Part shown: positions 18,259 through 27,907 of the stretch, one piece after another
Position numbering within the stretch: position 1 is the stretch's first letter
Layout of the letters: the number at the start of each line of letters is the position of its first letter
Assembly: GCA_963677815.1 (NCBI GenBank)
Contig: OY782499.1
Coordinates: 54,828 to 118,827 of the forward strand
DNA: 64,000 nt
Reading direction: 5' to 3'
Origin: Candidatus Cloacimonadales bacterium
Lineage (GTDB): Bacteria; Cloacimonadota; Cloacimonadia; Cloacimonadales; JAFGVF01
The notes under the pieces: model-generated
Databases searched by the model: none
Seen by the model: only the letters and a program-made list of their open reading frames with translations
What the model was told of the DNA's origin: nothing
Position numbers and translations under genes: made by a program

Positions 18259-18786
18259 TCACATTTTCCTAATTACACCCTTTGTAGAATTGTTATTTTG
18301 AATCTCGTTAATCATAATAACGCCCTGCTTATCTTGGGATTTATATTTTCTTAGCATATAGATTTTTCCTTCTTCAAAGTCATCAGGATTAAGATGTTTT
18401 ATTGTTTTAATTTCGCCATCTTCATCTGACACTGTAGCAATCTGGGAGTTAGTCTCTTGGTCATTTCCTTTAGCTAATTGACCTAGGCCCTCAAAACCTT
18501 GAAAATCTTCAGCTTTAATACCATTTTGTGTTTCAGCCACTTGTTCTTGATTTGATACACCTCTTATAGCATAATTAATTTTGTTCGCAAAGTTAGGATT
18601 TACTACAAAGCTAATAGCTAAAAAGAACATTGCAAGAGCAGTAGAAAACGCTATCCTATAAGGTACTTTGAATTTATTATAGAAGAGTTTTTTCTCTAAT
18701 TTTTCTTTTAACTCATATTCAAGATATTTATCTGATATCTCAGGTATTTTAAGATTAAGAAGCTTTTCTTCAAATTTTTCCATCAT
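18259..18786 (-). CDS. Putative anti-sigma factor (single-pass membrane protein)
   Basis: Overlaps the ECF sigma gene by 17 nt. One central TM helix. Assigned by position only. Confidence 0.4.
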   Translation of the reverse strand: MMEKFEEKLLNLKIPEISDKYLEYELKEKLEKKLFYNKFKVPYRIAFSTALAMFFLAISFVVNPNFANKINYAIRGVSNQEQVAETQNGIKAEDFQGFEGLGQLAKGNDQETNSQIATVSDEDGEIKTIKHLNPDDFEEGKIYMLRKYKSQDKQGVIMINEIQNNNSTKGVIRKM

Positions 18787-19315
18787 CTCTTCCTTCTAAT
18801 TCTATCATAATTGATTTTAGTTTTTGCATAGCTCTATGAACTTGAACTTTTACAGCACCCTCTTTCTTCCCAAGTATTTGAGCTATTTCTTGATTAGATA
18901 ATTTTTCGAAATATCTTAAGATAATGATATTTTGGTCTTTCTCATTTAAGAGTTTAAGACCCTTCCTCAGATTATCATAATTTATTTCTATATCTTCACT
19001 TAAGGGACTTCTTTGATTCAATTTAACATCTTGAACTAACTTCTTAGTTCTTCCATTCTTTCGATAATAGTCAGTAACTTCATTAATAGCAATCCGATAA
19101 AGCCAACCTGAAAAAGCTCCTTTATACAGATACTTAAACTTATATAAGTTTTTTACAGCTTTGAAAAAGACATTTGACACAATATCACGACGCACCTCTT
19201 CTTCACTTACCTTGTGATAAATAAATCTGTTTATCAAAGGAAAGTACTTTTTGTACAATTCATCAAAGGCATTAATATCTTTTTTAGCTTTTTCTACTAA
19301 TTCTCTTTCATCCAT
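18770..19315 (-). CDS. ECF-type RNA polymerase sigma-70 family factor
   Basis: Region 2 (WLYRIAINEVTDYYRK) and region 4 HTH (LSNQEIAQILGKKEGAVKVQVHRAMQKLK). Confidence 0.85.
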   Translation of the reverse strand: MDERELVEKAKKDINAFDELYKKYFPLINRFIYHKVSEEEVRRDIVSNVFFKAVKNLYKFKYLYKGAFSGWLYRIAINEVTDYYRKNGRTKKLVQDVKLNQRSPLSEDIEINYDNLRKGLKLLNEKDQNIIILRYFEKLSNQEIAQILGKKEGAVKVQVHRAMQKLKSIMIELEGRDDGKI

Positions 19316-19425
19316 AATTTGCGTCTCACAATTTATAACGTAGTTTCATCATTTGGTTACATTTGTTTTTTGGGATTTATCTTGGAGTAATATTAAATAC
19401 TTACTTAAAAAGTCAATATCTTTTC

Positions 19426-19455
19426 TTGACTACTTTTCAGCTAGTTAAATATGAT
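19426..19455 (+). promoter_or_regulatory. Sigma-70-type promoter for the solenoid/HEAT protein gene
   Basis: TTGACT-N18-TATGAT, 34 nt upstream of the ATG at 19489 (AGGAG ribosome-binding site). Confidence 0.45.
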
Positions 19456-19488
19456 AATTTAAGACAAATAGCTAAATTAGGAGAAGTG

Positions 19489-21909
19489 ATGAAAGCTACT
19501 AGTATAATTCTTATATTATTTACTGTATCTCTGGCATGGGGACAAATTTTCACTCATGAAGATTCCTTGCTTGTTGACCAAGCTCTTGCAGAAATTGACC
19601 TTTCGAAACAAGATTTAATGTTTTTAAAAGATTGGTCTGATGAAACTTATTTGAAAAATCAAGTAATTATTGAATCTATAAATAACCCTTATTTCTTCTT
19701 AGAATATTCATCTAAACTACAAACAATATCAAGCCCAGAAGACTTCAATAAGGAAGCTTATAAGTTTTTAAATAATAATGATATAGAATTAACTTATCCT
19801 AAGACTCTTAATCACAATTTAAGTAATAGTATAGAAATTCCAGACCTTATTGATTTGCTTGAAAGCTACATAAGAATCAAAAAGTTTCATTTTGATCAGA
19901 TGTTTACTAATCTTAATCAAGATGAAATAGCTTTTTTAATGCGCTTTTCTAAGTCTCTTTTCCCTCAAGATAATCAAGAAGAAAATGATAGCCAAGAAAT
20001 TGATATATCAAGTATAGAGTTTGACAACTTGATAAAAAAGATAAATTGGTATATTTTCTATCAGCCTGTGATTATAGAAGATAAGGATTACTTAGCAGAA
20101 AAGTTATCCATAACATCTTTTTATGCTTTAATTCATAATAATATTGATAAAATAATGTGGCAGGAAGAGAATGAGATTTATCCAAGTGATTTAGGAGAAA
20201 TAATTATAGGTTCTATATATGATGACCAGCATATTATAGATAAGGCTATTGCTATTATAGACCCTGCAGGTAATGATTCTTATACATTCATTGCCAATAA
20301 TCAATCTAGCTTTTACTTATTCGATGCATCTGGTGATGATAGATACATGTCAGATACCTCTTTATTTTCTGCTAATTATGGTTTTGCCTATGCTTACGAT
20401 TTAATGGGTGATGATTATTATTCTGCTAATACTCAAGCAGCTTCTGCTATTTTTGGTTTTAATGAGTTCATTGATTTTGCAGGAAATGATACTTATTTAG
20501 CTAAATCATTTGCGTGGTCTGCAGCGGCCTTTGCTTCATCTCTTATGATAGATACTGCTGGAAATGATATTTATTCTACAGGCCAATATGGACAAGCCTT
20601 TGCCTCAACCTGGGGTTTTTCTTTACTTTTGGATATAGCTGGTACAGATAGTTATATTTGTGGAACCAGCGAATTTCATGCTCCTTTAGTTCCTAATGAT
20701 TATCGAAGTATGGGACAAGGAATGGGCTTTGGTATGCGACCTGATTTTGGAGGAGGTATTGGGACTTTAATGGATAAGTCAGGTAATGACCGCTATATGG
20801 GAGGAGTTTATGCTCAAGGTGTTGGCTACTGGTATGGTTTAGGGATTTTGATTGATGAAGCAGGTAACGACTTTTATAATGCTGTCTATTATCCTCAAGG
20901 TTCTGGTATTCATTTAGCCGGAGGCTTACTTTTTGATAAAGAAGGTCAGGATAGTTACTATTCAAAGCATGGGCCAGGTCAAGGAGCTGGGCATGACTTT
21001 GGGTTGGGTATCTTTATCGATAGGGAGGGTGATGACCATTATTCTATAGAAGGAGGTAATGGTTTAGGCCTAACTAATTCTGTAGGTATTTTCTTGGATA
21101 GAGCAGGTAATGACAGGTATGAAAATGCAACAAATAACAACTATGGCTATGGGAAAAAAGCTCGGTCTTCTGGTTCAATTGGACTATTCATTGACTCTTC
21201 TGGAAAGGATTATTATCCTCATGAGATAATGCAGGATAGCTTAATTTGGAAGGAAGGTTTAATGGGAATTGGTATCGATTTAAAACAGTCAGAGAATGAG
21301 ATTGACTCTCCAACAATTGAGCAATTACCAGCTGATATTGATTCTCTTGCCGCAATTGAAGTAATCTTTGATTATGCTGCTGAATGGGAAGTAGGTAATG
21401 TAGTAAATAGAGTACGAAGAGCCAGAGAGATTTTATTGACTCGTGAAGATGAAGCTGCCGATTATATAATAAAAAACAAAATTAATACTCGTGATACTAA
21501 GGAATATAGGGCAATTAAAGAATTCTTTGAAAATAGTAAAGAATCACAAGCTAAACTTGACCAAGCCTTTACTTCCCAAGATAGTCTTTCTCACAAAAAC
21601 GCTATATCTTTAGTTGCAAGCTTAAAAATGCAAGAATTCCTTCCTTTAATAATTATTGAATTCTACCAAGATAATAAATATATTACTAGTTGTATTTCAG
21701 CTCTAGCTAGTTTTAAAGATGACAAATATATTCCTCTTATCAAAAAATATTCTGATTCTCCTAATGAAAAGCTAAGATTTGCTGTTGCTTCTGCTCTAAA
21801 AACTATTGACAGTCAGCTTGCCAGAGAAGAATTAGTTTTTATGAAGCAAGACTCTTCTTTCTTGGTTAGAACTTTAGTAAAGGAATACTTAGAAGATAAC
21901 AAGAGGTAA
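19489..21909 (+). CDS. Secreted repeat protein with 12 D-x-x-G-(N/D)-D-x-Y units followed by C-terminal HEAT-like repeats
   Basis: Start moved to the ATG at 19489 (RBS plus signal peptide MKATSIILILFTVSLAWG). Repeats are listed in the findings. Confidence 0.7.
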   Translation: MKATSIILILFTVSLAWGQIFTHEDSLLVDQALAEIDLSKQDLMFLKDWSDETYLKNQVIIESINNPYFFLEYSSKLQTISSPEDFNKEAYKFLNNNDIELTYPKTLNHNLSNSIEIPDLIDLLESYIRIKKFHFDQMFTNLNQDEIAFLMRFSKSLFPQDNQEENDSQEIDISSIEFDNLIKKINWYIFYQPVIIEDKDYLAEKLSITSFYALIHNNIDKIMWQEENEIYPSDLGEIIIGSIYDDQHIIDKAIAIIDPAGNDSYTFIANNQSSFYLFDASGDDRYMSDTSLFSANYGFAYAYDLMGDDYYSANTQAASAIFGFNEFIDFAGNDTYLAKSFAWSAAAFASSLMIDTAGNDIYSTGQYGQAFASTWGFSLLLDIAGTDSYICGTSEFHAPLVPNDYRSMGQGMGFGMRPDFGGGIGTLMDKSGNDRYMGGVYAQGVGYWYGLGILIDEAGNDFYNAVYYPQGSGIHLAGGLLFDKEGQDSYYSKHGPGQGAGHDFGLGIFIDREGDDHYSIEGGNGLGLTNSVGIFLDRAGNDRYENATNNNYGYGKKARSSGSIGLFIDSSGKDYYPHEIMQDSLIWKEGLMGIGIDLKQSENEIDSPTIEQLPADIDSLAAIEVIFDYAAEWEVGNVVNRVRRAREILLTREDEAADYIIKNKINTRDTKEYRAIKEFFENSKESQAKLDQAFTSQDSLSHKNAISLVASLKMQEFLPLIIIEFYQDNKYITSCISALASFKDDKYIPLIKKYSDSPNEKLRFAVASALKTIDSQLAREELVFMKQDSSFLVRTLVKEYLEDNKR

Positions 21910-21967
21910 GATTCTGAATTATAAATGTTAAAACTGCATTCTATAAATTATTTAGGAAGTGAATTTT

Positions 21968-22615
21968 ATGTATGATGAAAATCCAATCTCAGGTCACCAA
22001 TCGCTTGGAGAAGAAATATTTTCTTCTATTGTTCATGGAGTAGGAATCTTTTTAGCTATCGCAGCTATGGTAATTCTTATAGCCAAAGCAGTATTAGTTA
22101 ATCAGCCTATTATGGTTGTAGGCTATGCCTTGTATGGCTTTGGTTCAATTTCTCTTTATCTTTCTTCCACCCTATTCCATAGCATTACTCATAAGAAAGT
22201 TAAGACTATTTTTTCAATATTTGACCAATCTGCTATCTATCTCTTTATTGCTGGAACTTATACACCTATTACCTTAGCTATGAGAAATGCTTTGGGTTGG
22301 ACTATTTTTGGTATAATCTGGGGTTTGACTATTATTGGAGTAATAGTTCAGTGCTTAACAAAAGGTAAATCTAGTCATGTAACCAACTCAATCTACTTAG
22401 CTATGGGTTGGCTATTCTTAGGATTTCTTTATTGGATGATGAAAGTTCTACCTACTTCCCTTTTCTTATGGTTAGCTATTGGAGGAGCATCTTACACAGT
22501 AGGAGTTGTCTTTTATGCCTGGAAAAGGCTTCCTTATCACCATCCAATTTGGCATATTTTTGTTCTTGGTGGAACAGTCTGTCACTTCTTTGGTTTATTA
22601 GAATTAGTCAGATAG
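21968..22615 (+). CDS. Hemolysin III / PAQR family membrane protein
   Basis: Seven TM helices; motifs SSTLFHS and HHPIWHIFVLGG. ATG at 21968 lies 8 nt after AGGAAG. Confidence 0.85.
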   Translation: MYDENPISGHQSLGEEIFSSIVHGVGIFLAIAAMVILIAKAVLVNQPIMVVGYALYGFGSISLYLSSTLFHSITHKKVKTIFSIFDQSAIYLFIAGTYTPITLAMRNALGWTIFGIIWGLTIIGVIVQCLTKGKSSHVTNSIYLAMGWLFLGFLYWMMKVLPTSLFLWLAIGGASYTVGVVFYAWKRLPYHHPIWHIFVLGGTVCHFFGLLELVR

Positions 22616-22631
22616 TATCATTTTCTAATTT

Positions 22632-24005
22632 TCATCTAAAAATTGATTTTTTAAGGTAAAATTGATAATATCCACCTTTGAAAGGGATTTCTTCTCCTGT
22701 AAGGGTGAAATTAATACTCCAAGAAGAAATAATTTCATCAAGTAAATTATCTGTTAGTTTTATCTCTTGACTAGAACAATTAAGAGAATAACGTCCATTT
22801 GCTACTTCTTTAAAAGAATTATTTGCAAAATCAAAATTAATATCCCCTATGCTCTTAAATTGAAACATTTCTTTAGATGCTGAAATCTTTAGACTCTGCC
22901 CATTATAAATATCTAGAAAATCCTCTCCTTCAGCAGAGAAATAGACACTTCTAAAGTTATTAGTTTGAACATATTCATCAATCACATCTTTTGTTAACCA
23001 GTCTAATTCCTCAATTATATCAAATTTTCCTTCAGAATTGCTATATCTTTTGTAGAGGGTAAGATATTCATCTACACTATAATGATCAAGCATTATCCTA
23101 GTAAGAAGTCCAGCCACAGGATAACTTAAAGAAGGATGTTCCCCCTGAAACTTTATCGCATCAAAGTAGTCTGTATGAGTCACCATCCCTGTATCTAGCA
23201 AAAATTTACCAGCTTCCATGAGAGCATCAGTTGATTGTCCTCCCCTGCCACCAAGGGCAACAGCTAAGCCTTCTTGCAGAAAAGTATGGGTATAGATTTC
23301 ATTATTTTTGAGATAGTAATTGATTAAAAAATGGGTTACTTCATGGAAATGAGCTGGGTAAGTCGAAACAACATAATCTTGATTAAGGAATAAAATACCC
23401 CGGGTTTTGTAGGATGTTAATAGTTCAATAGTATTCAAATCAGGACAATAGAAATAATCCAGTTTGTGGATTCTAAGAGAATCTAACTCATGATTTCTCT
23501 GTGGGAAATAAGTAAAAAACTCTTCAATTCTTTCATCTAAAATAAACATAGCTTCTTTCGCTATAGCTTTATCACTTGAACAGTGATATCTTATATATTC
23601 TGAATCTGTATGAACCCAGTCTGAAGTGTGGTAATCAATACGACTCATCACCTTATCATCAGAAATATAGAATTCATATCCTATCTGTCCATTCACTTCA
23701 GTATAATTGTGATAATAAGTAGCATCAATCTTTACTAATGGATGACTGACTTTCAGCTGAGGATTTTGTTGTGAATAAGCTTTTAAACCCATATTTCCTA
23801 TCAGAAATTTACTATAAGGAATGTTATACTTGATATTGTGCTTATTATAATTTCCCTCTGTTTTTGCAGGAAGATAAGCATTAATTGATTCTTGATTTTT
23901 CCAGACTTGCGCTGATATATTAGTGATATTATCACTTTCTCGTCCCTCTAAACAAGTAAGAAAGCTAGATAAGATTAAGATCAATAAAGTAATGTACTTT
24001 ATCAT
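22632..24005 (-). CDS. Exported hypothetical protein with an HExxH motif (putative gluzincin peptidase)
   Basis: Signal peptide; HEVTHF followed 20 aa later by QEGLAVALGG (possible third ligand Glu). Confidence 0.45.
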   Translation of the reverse strand: MIKYITLLILILSSFLTCLEGRESDNITNISAQVWKNQESINAYLPAKTEGNYNKHNIKYNIPYSKFLIGNMGLKAYSQQNPQLKVSHPLVKIDATYYHNYTEVNGQIGYEFYISDDKVMSRIDYHTSDWVHTDSEYIRYHCSSDKAIAKEAMFILDERIEEFFTYFPQRNHELDSLRIHKLDYFYCPDLNTIELLTSYKTRGILFLNQDYVVSTYPAHFHEVTHFLINYYLKNNEIYTHTFLQEGLAVALGGRGGQSTDALMEAGKFLLDTGMVTHTDYFDAIKFQGEHPSLSYPVAGLLTRIMLDHYSVDEYLTLYKRYSNSEGKFDIIEELDWLTKDVIDEYVQTNNFRSVYFSAEGEDFLDIYNGQSLKISASKEMFQFKSIGDINFDFANNSFKEVANGRYSLNCSSQEIKLTDNLLDEIISSWSINFTLTGEEIPFKGGYYQFYLKKSIFR

Positions 24006-24193
24006 GGTTACTCCTTAAGACTTGAAGTATTATAGTGACAAGTTTGCCTATGAGATACTAATTACCTTCATCAGTTTAATTCTTTTAAGATTACAAGCAT
24101 TACAGAATATTTTTGAATCGTGTTAATAAACCTGTCAATTCTTTTCTCTTTTATCTTATATTGGGTTCTCTTCCAAGTAGAGAGGGCTTTAAA

Positions 24194-24379
24194 CCCAAAT
24201 AATGAAATAGATCTTTGAGAATAGCACTATATTCTTTTGCAAAAGTAACTTACATAATTCTACCGAATATATATATTATATGCGTAGTTTATGGTATCAC
24301 CCCCTGTGTCCCACTCAAAGAAGGGGATTTTGCTAAAAGAATCTGCACTCTTCTCTAAAGCTCTACTGCACCATTTGGG
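24194..24379 (-). mobile_element. MITE-like element family A, copy 2 (186 bp, lacks module X)
   Basis: Termini CCCAAATAATG ... CACCATTTGGG. Flanked by the direct 5-mer TTAAA on both sides. Confidence 0.7.
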
Positions 24380-24443
24380 TTAAAAAAATAATCTAAGTAT
24401 CTTTCAATATGCTAGCTTCACAACAGATACAAAATCCCTAATA

Positions 24444-24581
24444 GCCCCAGAGGAGCGACATCTTTGTAGATATTAAAATACCTCAATCCTTAAAAGCTCC
24501 ATTAGGAGCGACAGCTTTGTAGATAACAGATGCTCAATAATCACCCAAGCTCCAGAGGAGCGACACAAATGATCTTAGATA
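24444..24581 (+). repeat. Tandem 52-53 bp repeat, about 2.6 units
   Basis: Unit core AGC(T/C)CCAGAGGAGCGACATCTTTGTAGAT starts at 24444, 24496 and 24549. The third copy is degenerate. Confidence 0.6.
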
Positions 24582-24623
24582 TACCCTTCCTCCTGAACTT
24601 AGATAAATCTATAGTTTTACTTC

Positions 24624-25490
24624 TCAAATTTTACTTCTAACCACCCTAAAACCTAAATCGTTATATTTTCCCATAAGAGGACAGTTAAAATTCCTATTAG
24701 AAATTCTTGAACTCTTATCATTGCTTGTCCAACTTCCCCCACGGTTCAACTTAAAAGAGCTATAATTAGTTTTGGATTTTATGATATTTTTATCTAAATC
24801 ATTTGGTAAATAATAGTAATAATAATCCCAAACCCACTCATAAACATTTCCTGACATATCATAAATACCTAATTCATTTGCTTTCAATGTCCCGACTTCA
24901 TGTAGAGTAGAAGAACAATTATTGCAGTAAGCAGCAACTTCATCAATATTGTTGCTTCCACTGTATTTATAGGATTTGGATAGTTTTCCACCTCTAGCTG
25001 CATATTCCCATTCTTCTTCTGTTGGTAAGCGATAACCATTCTTGCTAAAATCACAAGTTACAGTATGATTATCAATCTGATAACATTTTTCTAATCCTTC
25101 CTTTTGGCTTCGACAATTGCAATATTCAACCGCATCATACCAATTTACAAAATATACAGGATAATTATCTCCAACTCCAAATTTATATGTAGGATTCTCC
25201 CCCATTATCAAAAGATATTCTTTTTGTGTTACTTCATACTTACCAATGTAAAAATCTTCTACTTCAACTTTATGGATTGGTACTTCATCACTATCACTGT
25301 CACATTCATCACAACCCATAGAAAATTGTCCTCCATCGACAAAAACAAAGGTGTTTTTTATAAGAGATTTTTGATTGTTTTTGGGGGAACTTGTAACATC
25401 ATTGTTACTATTAATTGTATCTAATCCAAACAAATTGACACATATAAATGATATGACTAACCAAAGACCTAACCGAATAACCTGTTTCAT
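24624..25490 (-). CDS. Exported formylglycine-generating enzyme (SUMF1/FGE) domain protein
   Basis: Signal peptide; YRLPTEEEWEYAARGG and RGGSW motifs. Confidence 0.8.
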   Translation of the reverse strand: MKQVIRLGLWLVISFICVNLFGLDTINSNNDVTSSPKNNQKSLIKNTFVFVDGGQFSMGCDECDSDSDEVPIHKVEVEDFYIGKYEVTQKEYLLIMGENPTYKFGVGDNYPVYFVNWYDAVEYCNCRSQKEGLEKCYQIDNHTVTCDFSKNGYRLPTEEEWEYAARGGKLSKSYKYSGSNNIDEVAAYCNNCSSTLHEVGTLKANELGIYDMSGNVYEWVWDYYYYYLPNDLDKNIIKSKTNYSSFKLNRGGSWTSNDKSSRISNRNFNCPLMGKYNDLGFRVVRSKI

Positions 25491-25623
25491 ACTTCCTCGC
25501 TATTTTGTATTTTACCCAAACATTTAATTGTTTGAGTTTATGCTATCCAATAATTCTAATATGCTTAAGATTTGTCAATATTTTTTTGTATTAAAAATGT
25601 TATATTGCTAATAATAAAGTCAT

Positions 25624-25654
25624 TATAAAATAAAGGGTCGCTTTCGCGACCCTT
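25624..25654 (-). terminator. Intrinsic terminator after the lipoprotein gene
   Basis: AAGGGTCGC/GCGACCCTT stem with a TTTC loop and a T-rich tail on the minus strand. Confidence 0.6.
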
Positions 25655-25679
25655 TTATAAATAATCTAAATTATATTAA

Positions 25680-26813
25680 TTAATTACCTTCAACTCTTGT
25701 TCCACTTTGTGGGAAATTAAAGTTAGTTTTATTTTTCATGTTAGAATTTGCACCACGTGTTTTAGCTTTGTCACTATAATCAACATATTCTGATTGATTA
25801 AGTGAAACTGAGATTTCAAATACTTCTGAGAAAAATCCAGCATCATCAACAATTTTAACATCCCAGAGACCAGGTTCAACTGTCCATGCATATTCTTGGT
25901 CAGGGCCAATAGAACCAGACATATAATCAGGACCCCATTCTGTTTCTGAAGAAGGAGCAATATAAACTTCAGTGATATTATCTTGAGTACCGTTAACTAC
26001 AAATATAGCACCACCATCAGCAGTAACATCTATATCGTAAGCTGTAGCAGCATAGTAATCATAAGTTTCTTCACCAGCAAAGATATAAAGACCGTTATAG
26101 CTAATATCAACATTTAAGCCATATTCTTCACCAAGAATATAACTTTCACTTGAATTAGCACTTAAACTGTTTAATGAACCACCATCTAATCTGAATGTAA
26201 TTGAACCACTAGTTTGGTTATCAATATTAAGTTCTTTTTGAGCACTAATTGTAGCATAAGCCATTTGATTTTCTGTTAAATCAAAAGCATCAACAGTTAC
26301 AAAAGTATTATTTTCTAAATTGTATGTTACACGATAATTATCTTCAGCTTTTAATACTAAAACTGAATCACCTGGTTCTAAAGGTGTTGTTAAAGCATTG
26401 TTACCACTTGGGCTTTCAATTGAAGGATAAATCAAAGCTGAGTTAATATTAATATAGTGATTGTTTTTTAAAACTACAATTCCACCTTCAGCTACAATTT
26501 CAATAACAGTAGTTTGATCTTTGTTGATATTTGCAACGCCTGTTTCTGTAGCAACGTATAAACCTGTCACTGTGTAATCAAAAGTAAGCATTTCCACATC
26601 TTCTTCAAAGATTGCAGAATCAAAAGTGTATGACCATGATTCATTAGCAGTTAAAGTTCCATCAACACCATCAATCATAACAGATATTTCTGCATTAGTA
26701 TGATTTTTAAAAGTAACTTTTGTTACAGCTGGTGAACTATCATCATCATCACTACAACCAACAAACATCAAGCCTAAGCTCAATACAAGCATTAAAATAA
26801 GTAATTTTTTCAT
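25680..26813 (-). CDS. Hypothetical lipoprotein
   Basis: Lipobox LMFVGC followed by an SDDDDS linker. Beta-rich, no known motif. Confidence 0.6.
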   Translation of the reverse strand: MKKLLILMLVLSLGLMFVGCSDDDDSSPAVTKVTFKNHTNAEISVMIDGVDGTLTANESWSYTFDSAIFEEDVEMLTFDYTVTGLYVATETGVANINKDQTTVIEIVAEGGIVVLKNNHYININSALIYPSIESPSGNNALTTPLEPGDSVLVLKAEDNYRVTYNLENNTFVTVDAFDLTENQMAYATISAQKELNIDNQTSGSITFRLDGGSLNSLSANSSESYILGEEYGLNVDISYNGLYIFAGEETYDYYAATAYDIDVTADGGAIFVVNGTQDNITEVYIAPSSETEWGPDYMSGSIGPDQEYAWTVEPGLWDVKIVDDAGFFSEVFEISVSLNQSEYVDYSDKAKTRGANSNMKNKTNFNFPQSGTRVEGN

Positions 26814-26829
26814 TTTAATCTCCTTTTTT

Positions 26830-27291
26830 TTATATAGTTTTTAAATCGCTAATTAAATACTCTTTTTCATCAGCATCTTGGATATTTTCGGTTTCAGAAT
26901 AAGCTAATTTAAGATATTCTTCTTTTAGATTATCTTCACCTAATATTTTGTAAGCTCTTGCCACAGATTCATAAGCATAGCCTAATTCAAAACCTGAAAT
27001 GTTGTTTTTTTTACACAAGTCAATGTTAGCTAAACCATGTTTTAGAGCCGATTGTCCCATTTCTAATTCTGCATAAACTCTAGAGACTTGCCATTCTCCA
27101 ATAGAAAAGTTCTTTGCTTGCCCAAACTGCAACCAATGATAAAGGGAAGCATGAGCTGTATGGATCATTAAAATATCATCTTCAGAGCTTCTATTTTCTT
27201 TATCTAGAAGAGTCCATGTATCATTAAACAACTTAGTTGCCATATAATTATGGAACTTTTGCATCTCATCTTTATTTTCTTTATCTTTCAT
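26830..27291 (-). CDS. Hypothetical cytoplasmic protein (153 aa)
   Basis: Start moved to the ATG at 27291 (AGGTG RBS). The longer ORF overruns a TTGACA box around 27335. Confidence 0.5.
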   Translation of the reverse strand: MKDKENKDEMQKFHNYMATKLFNDTWTLLDKENRSSEDDILMIHTAHASLYHWLQFGQAKNFSIGEWQVSRVYAELEMGQSALKHGLANIDLCKKNNISGFELGYAYESVARAYKILGEDNLKEEYLKLAYSETENIQDADEKEYLISDLKTI

Positions 27292-27712
27292 TTTACACCT
27301 CTTGAACATAATTATAAGTATAAAGAATATCTTGTCAATTTTTTTCTTTGAAATTCCCGTTCTCAATATTTGGAGACTGTTCAATCCTCAAGCCACCCTC
27401 CTTAGTAGCTTATCCTTAAAGAAGTCGATAAAATTGCATATTATTAGGTTCTATTAACTTTGTTGAAAAATTATGATTAGTAACATATATCCTTCATTGG
27501 ATTGCCAATGAGACGCATCTTTTTCAAGCTGTAGTAAGGAAATTTTTAAAAATCTCGGAGAGATGCAGATATATTTCAATATCCGAAATTTAGTCAAGAA
27601 TGTATTTATAAGTCAATTTGAAAAACTTAACTATAAACTTAAAAATGGCATAAAATGCGTTAGTTAGTACAAGTACATTCTATCTATCAATTGATTAGAT
27701 TATCTTTATTCT

Positions 27713-27774
27713 CTCTTGATTGTTACTTACTCTATAGAAATCCAATGCATTATTGGGATAGTATCAATCAAGAG
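27713..27774 (-). repeat. Conserved ~60-nt hairpin, copy 2 of 3 (inverted)
   Basis: CTCTTGATTGTTA ... TATCAATCAAGAG. The loop matches the reverse complement of the 43150 copy. Confidence 0.6.
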
Positions 27775-27907
27775 TAGGTAAATGTATAAATTTCAGTTCC
27801 AAAATTAAGTGTGACTAAGGTCTAGTGATTACATTAGATAAGCTATATAGCAGTCAATATAATTAGCCTATTTCAAATAAACTTGCAAAAAAAAAGTAAA
27901 ATATTAT

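Noticed and set aside
19363-19488. N-terminal extensions predicted by the ORF track here, and likewise at 27292-27384, 62701-62739, 33465-33494 and 5658-5687.
   Set aside because: In each case an internal ATG with a good RBS is followed by a signal peptide or a conserved N-terminus. The extension overlaps promoter boxes or starts at a non-ATG codon.
24444-24581. Possible mini-CRISPR array: ~29-bp repeats with ~23-bp spacers.
   Set aside because: The 'spacers' share sequence with each other and with the second locus (CCTTAAAAGCT), so the real unit is a 52-53 bp tandem repeat. The repeats degenerate rapidly, the spacers are too short, no cas genes are present, and an inverted copy occurs at 55327-55353.
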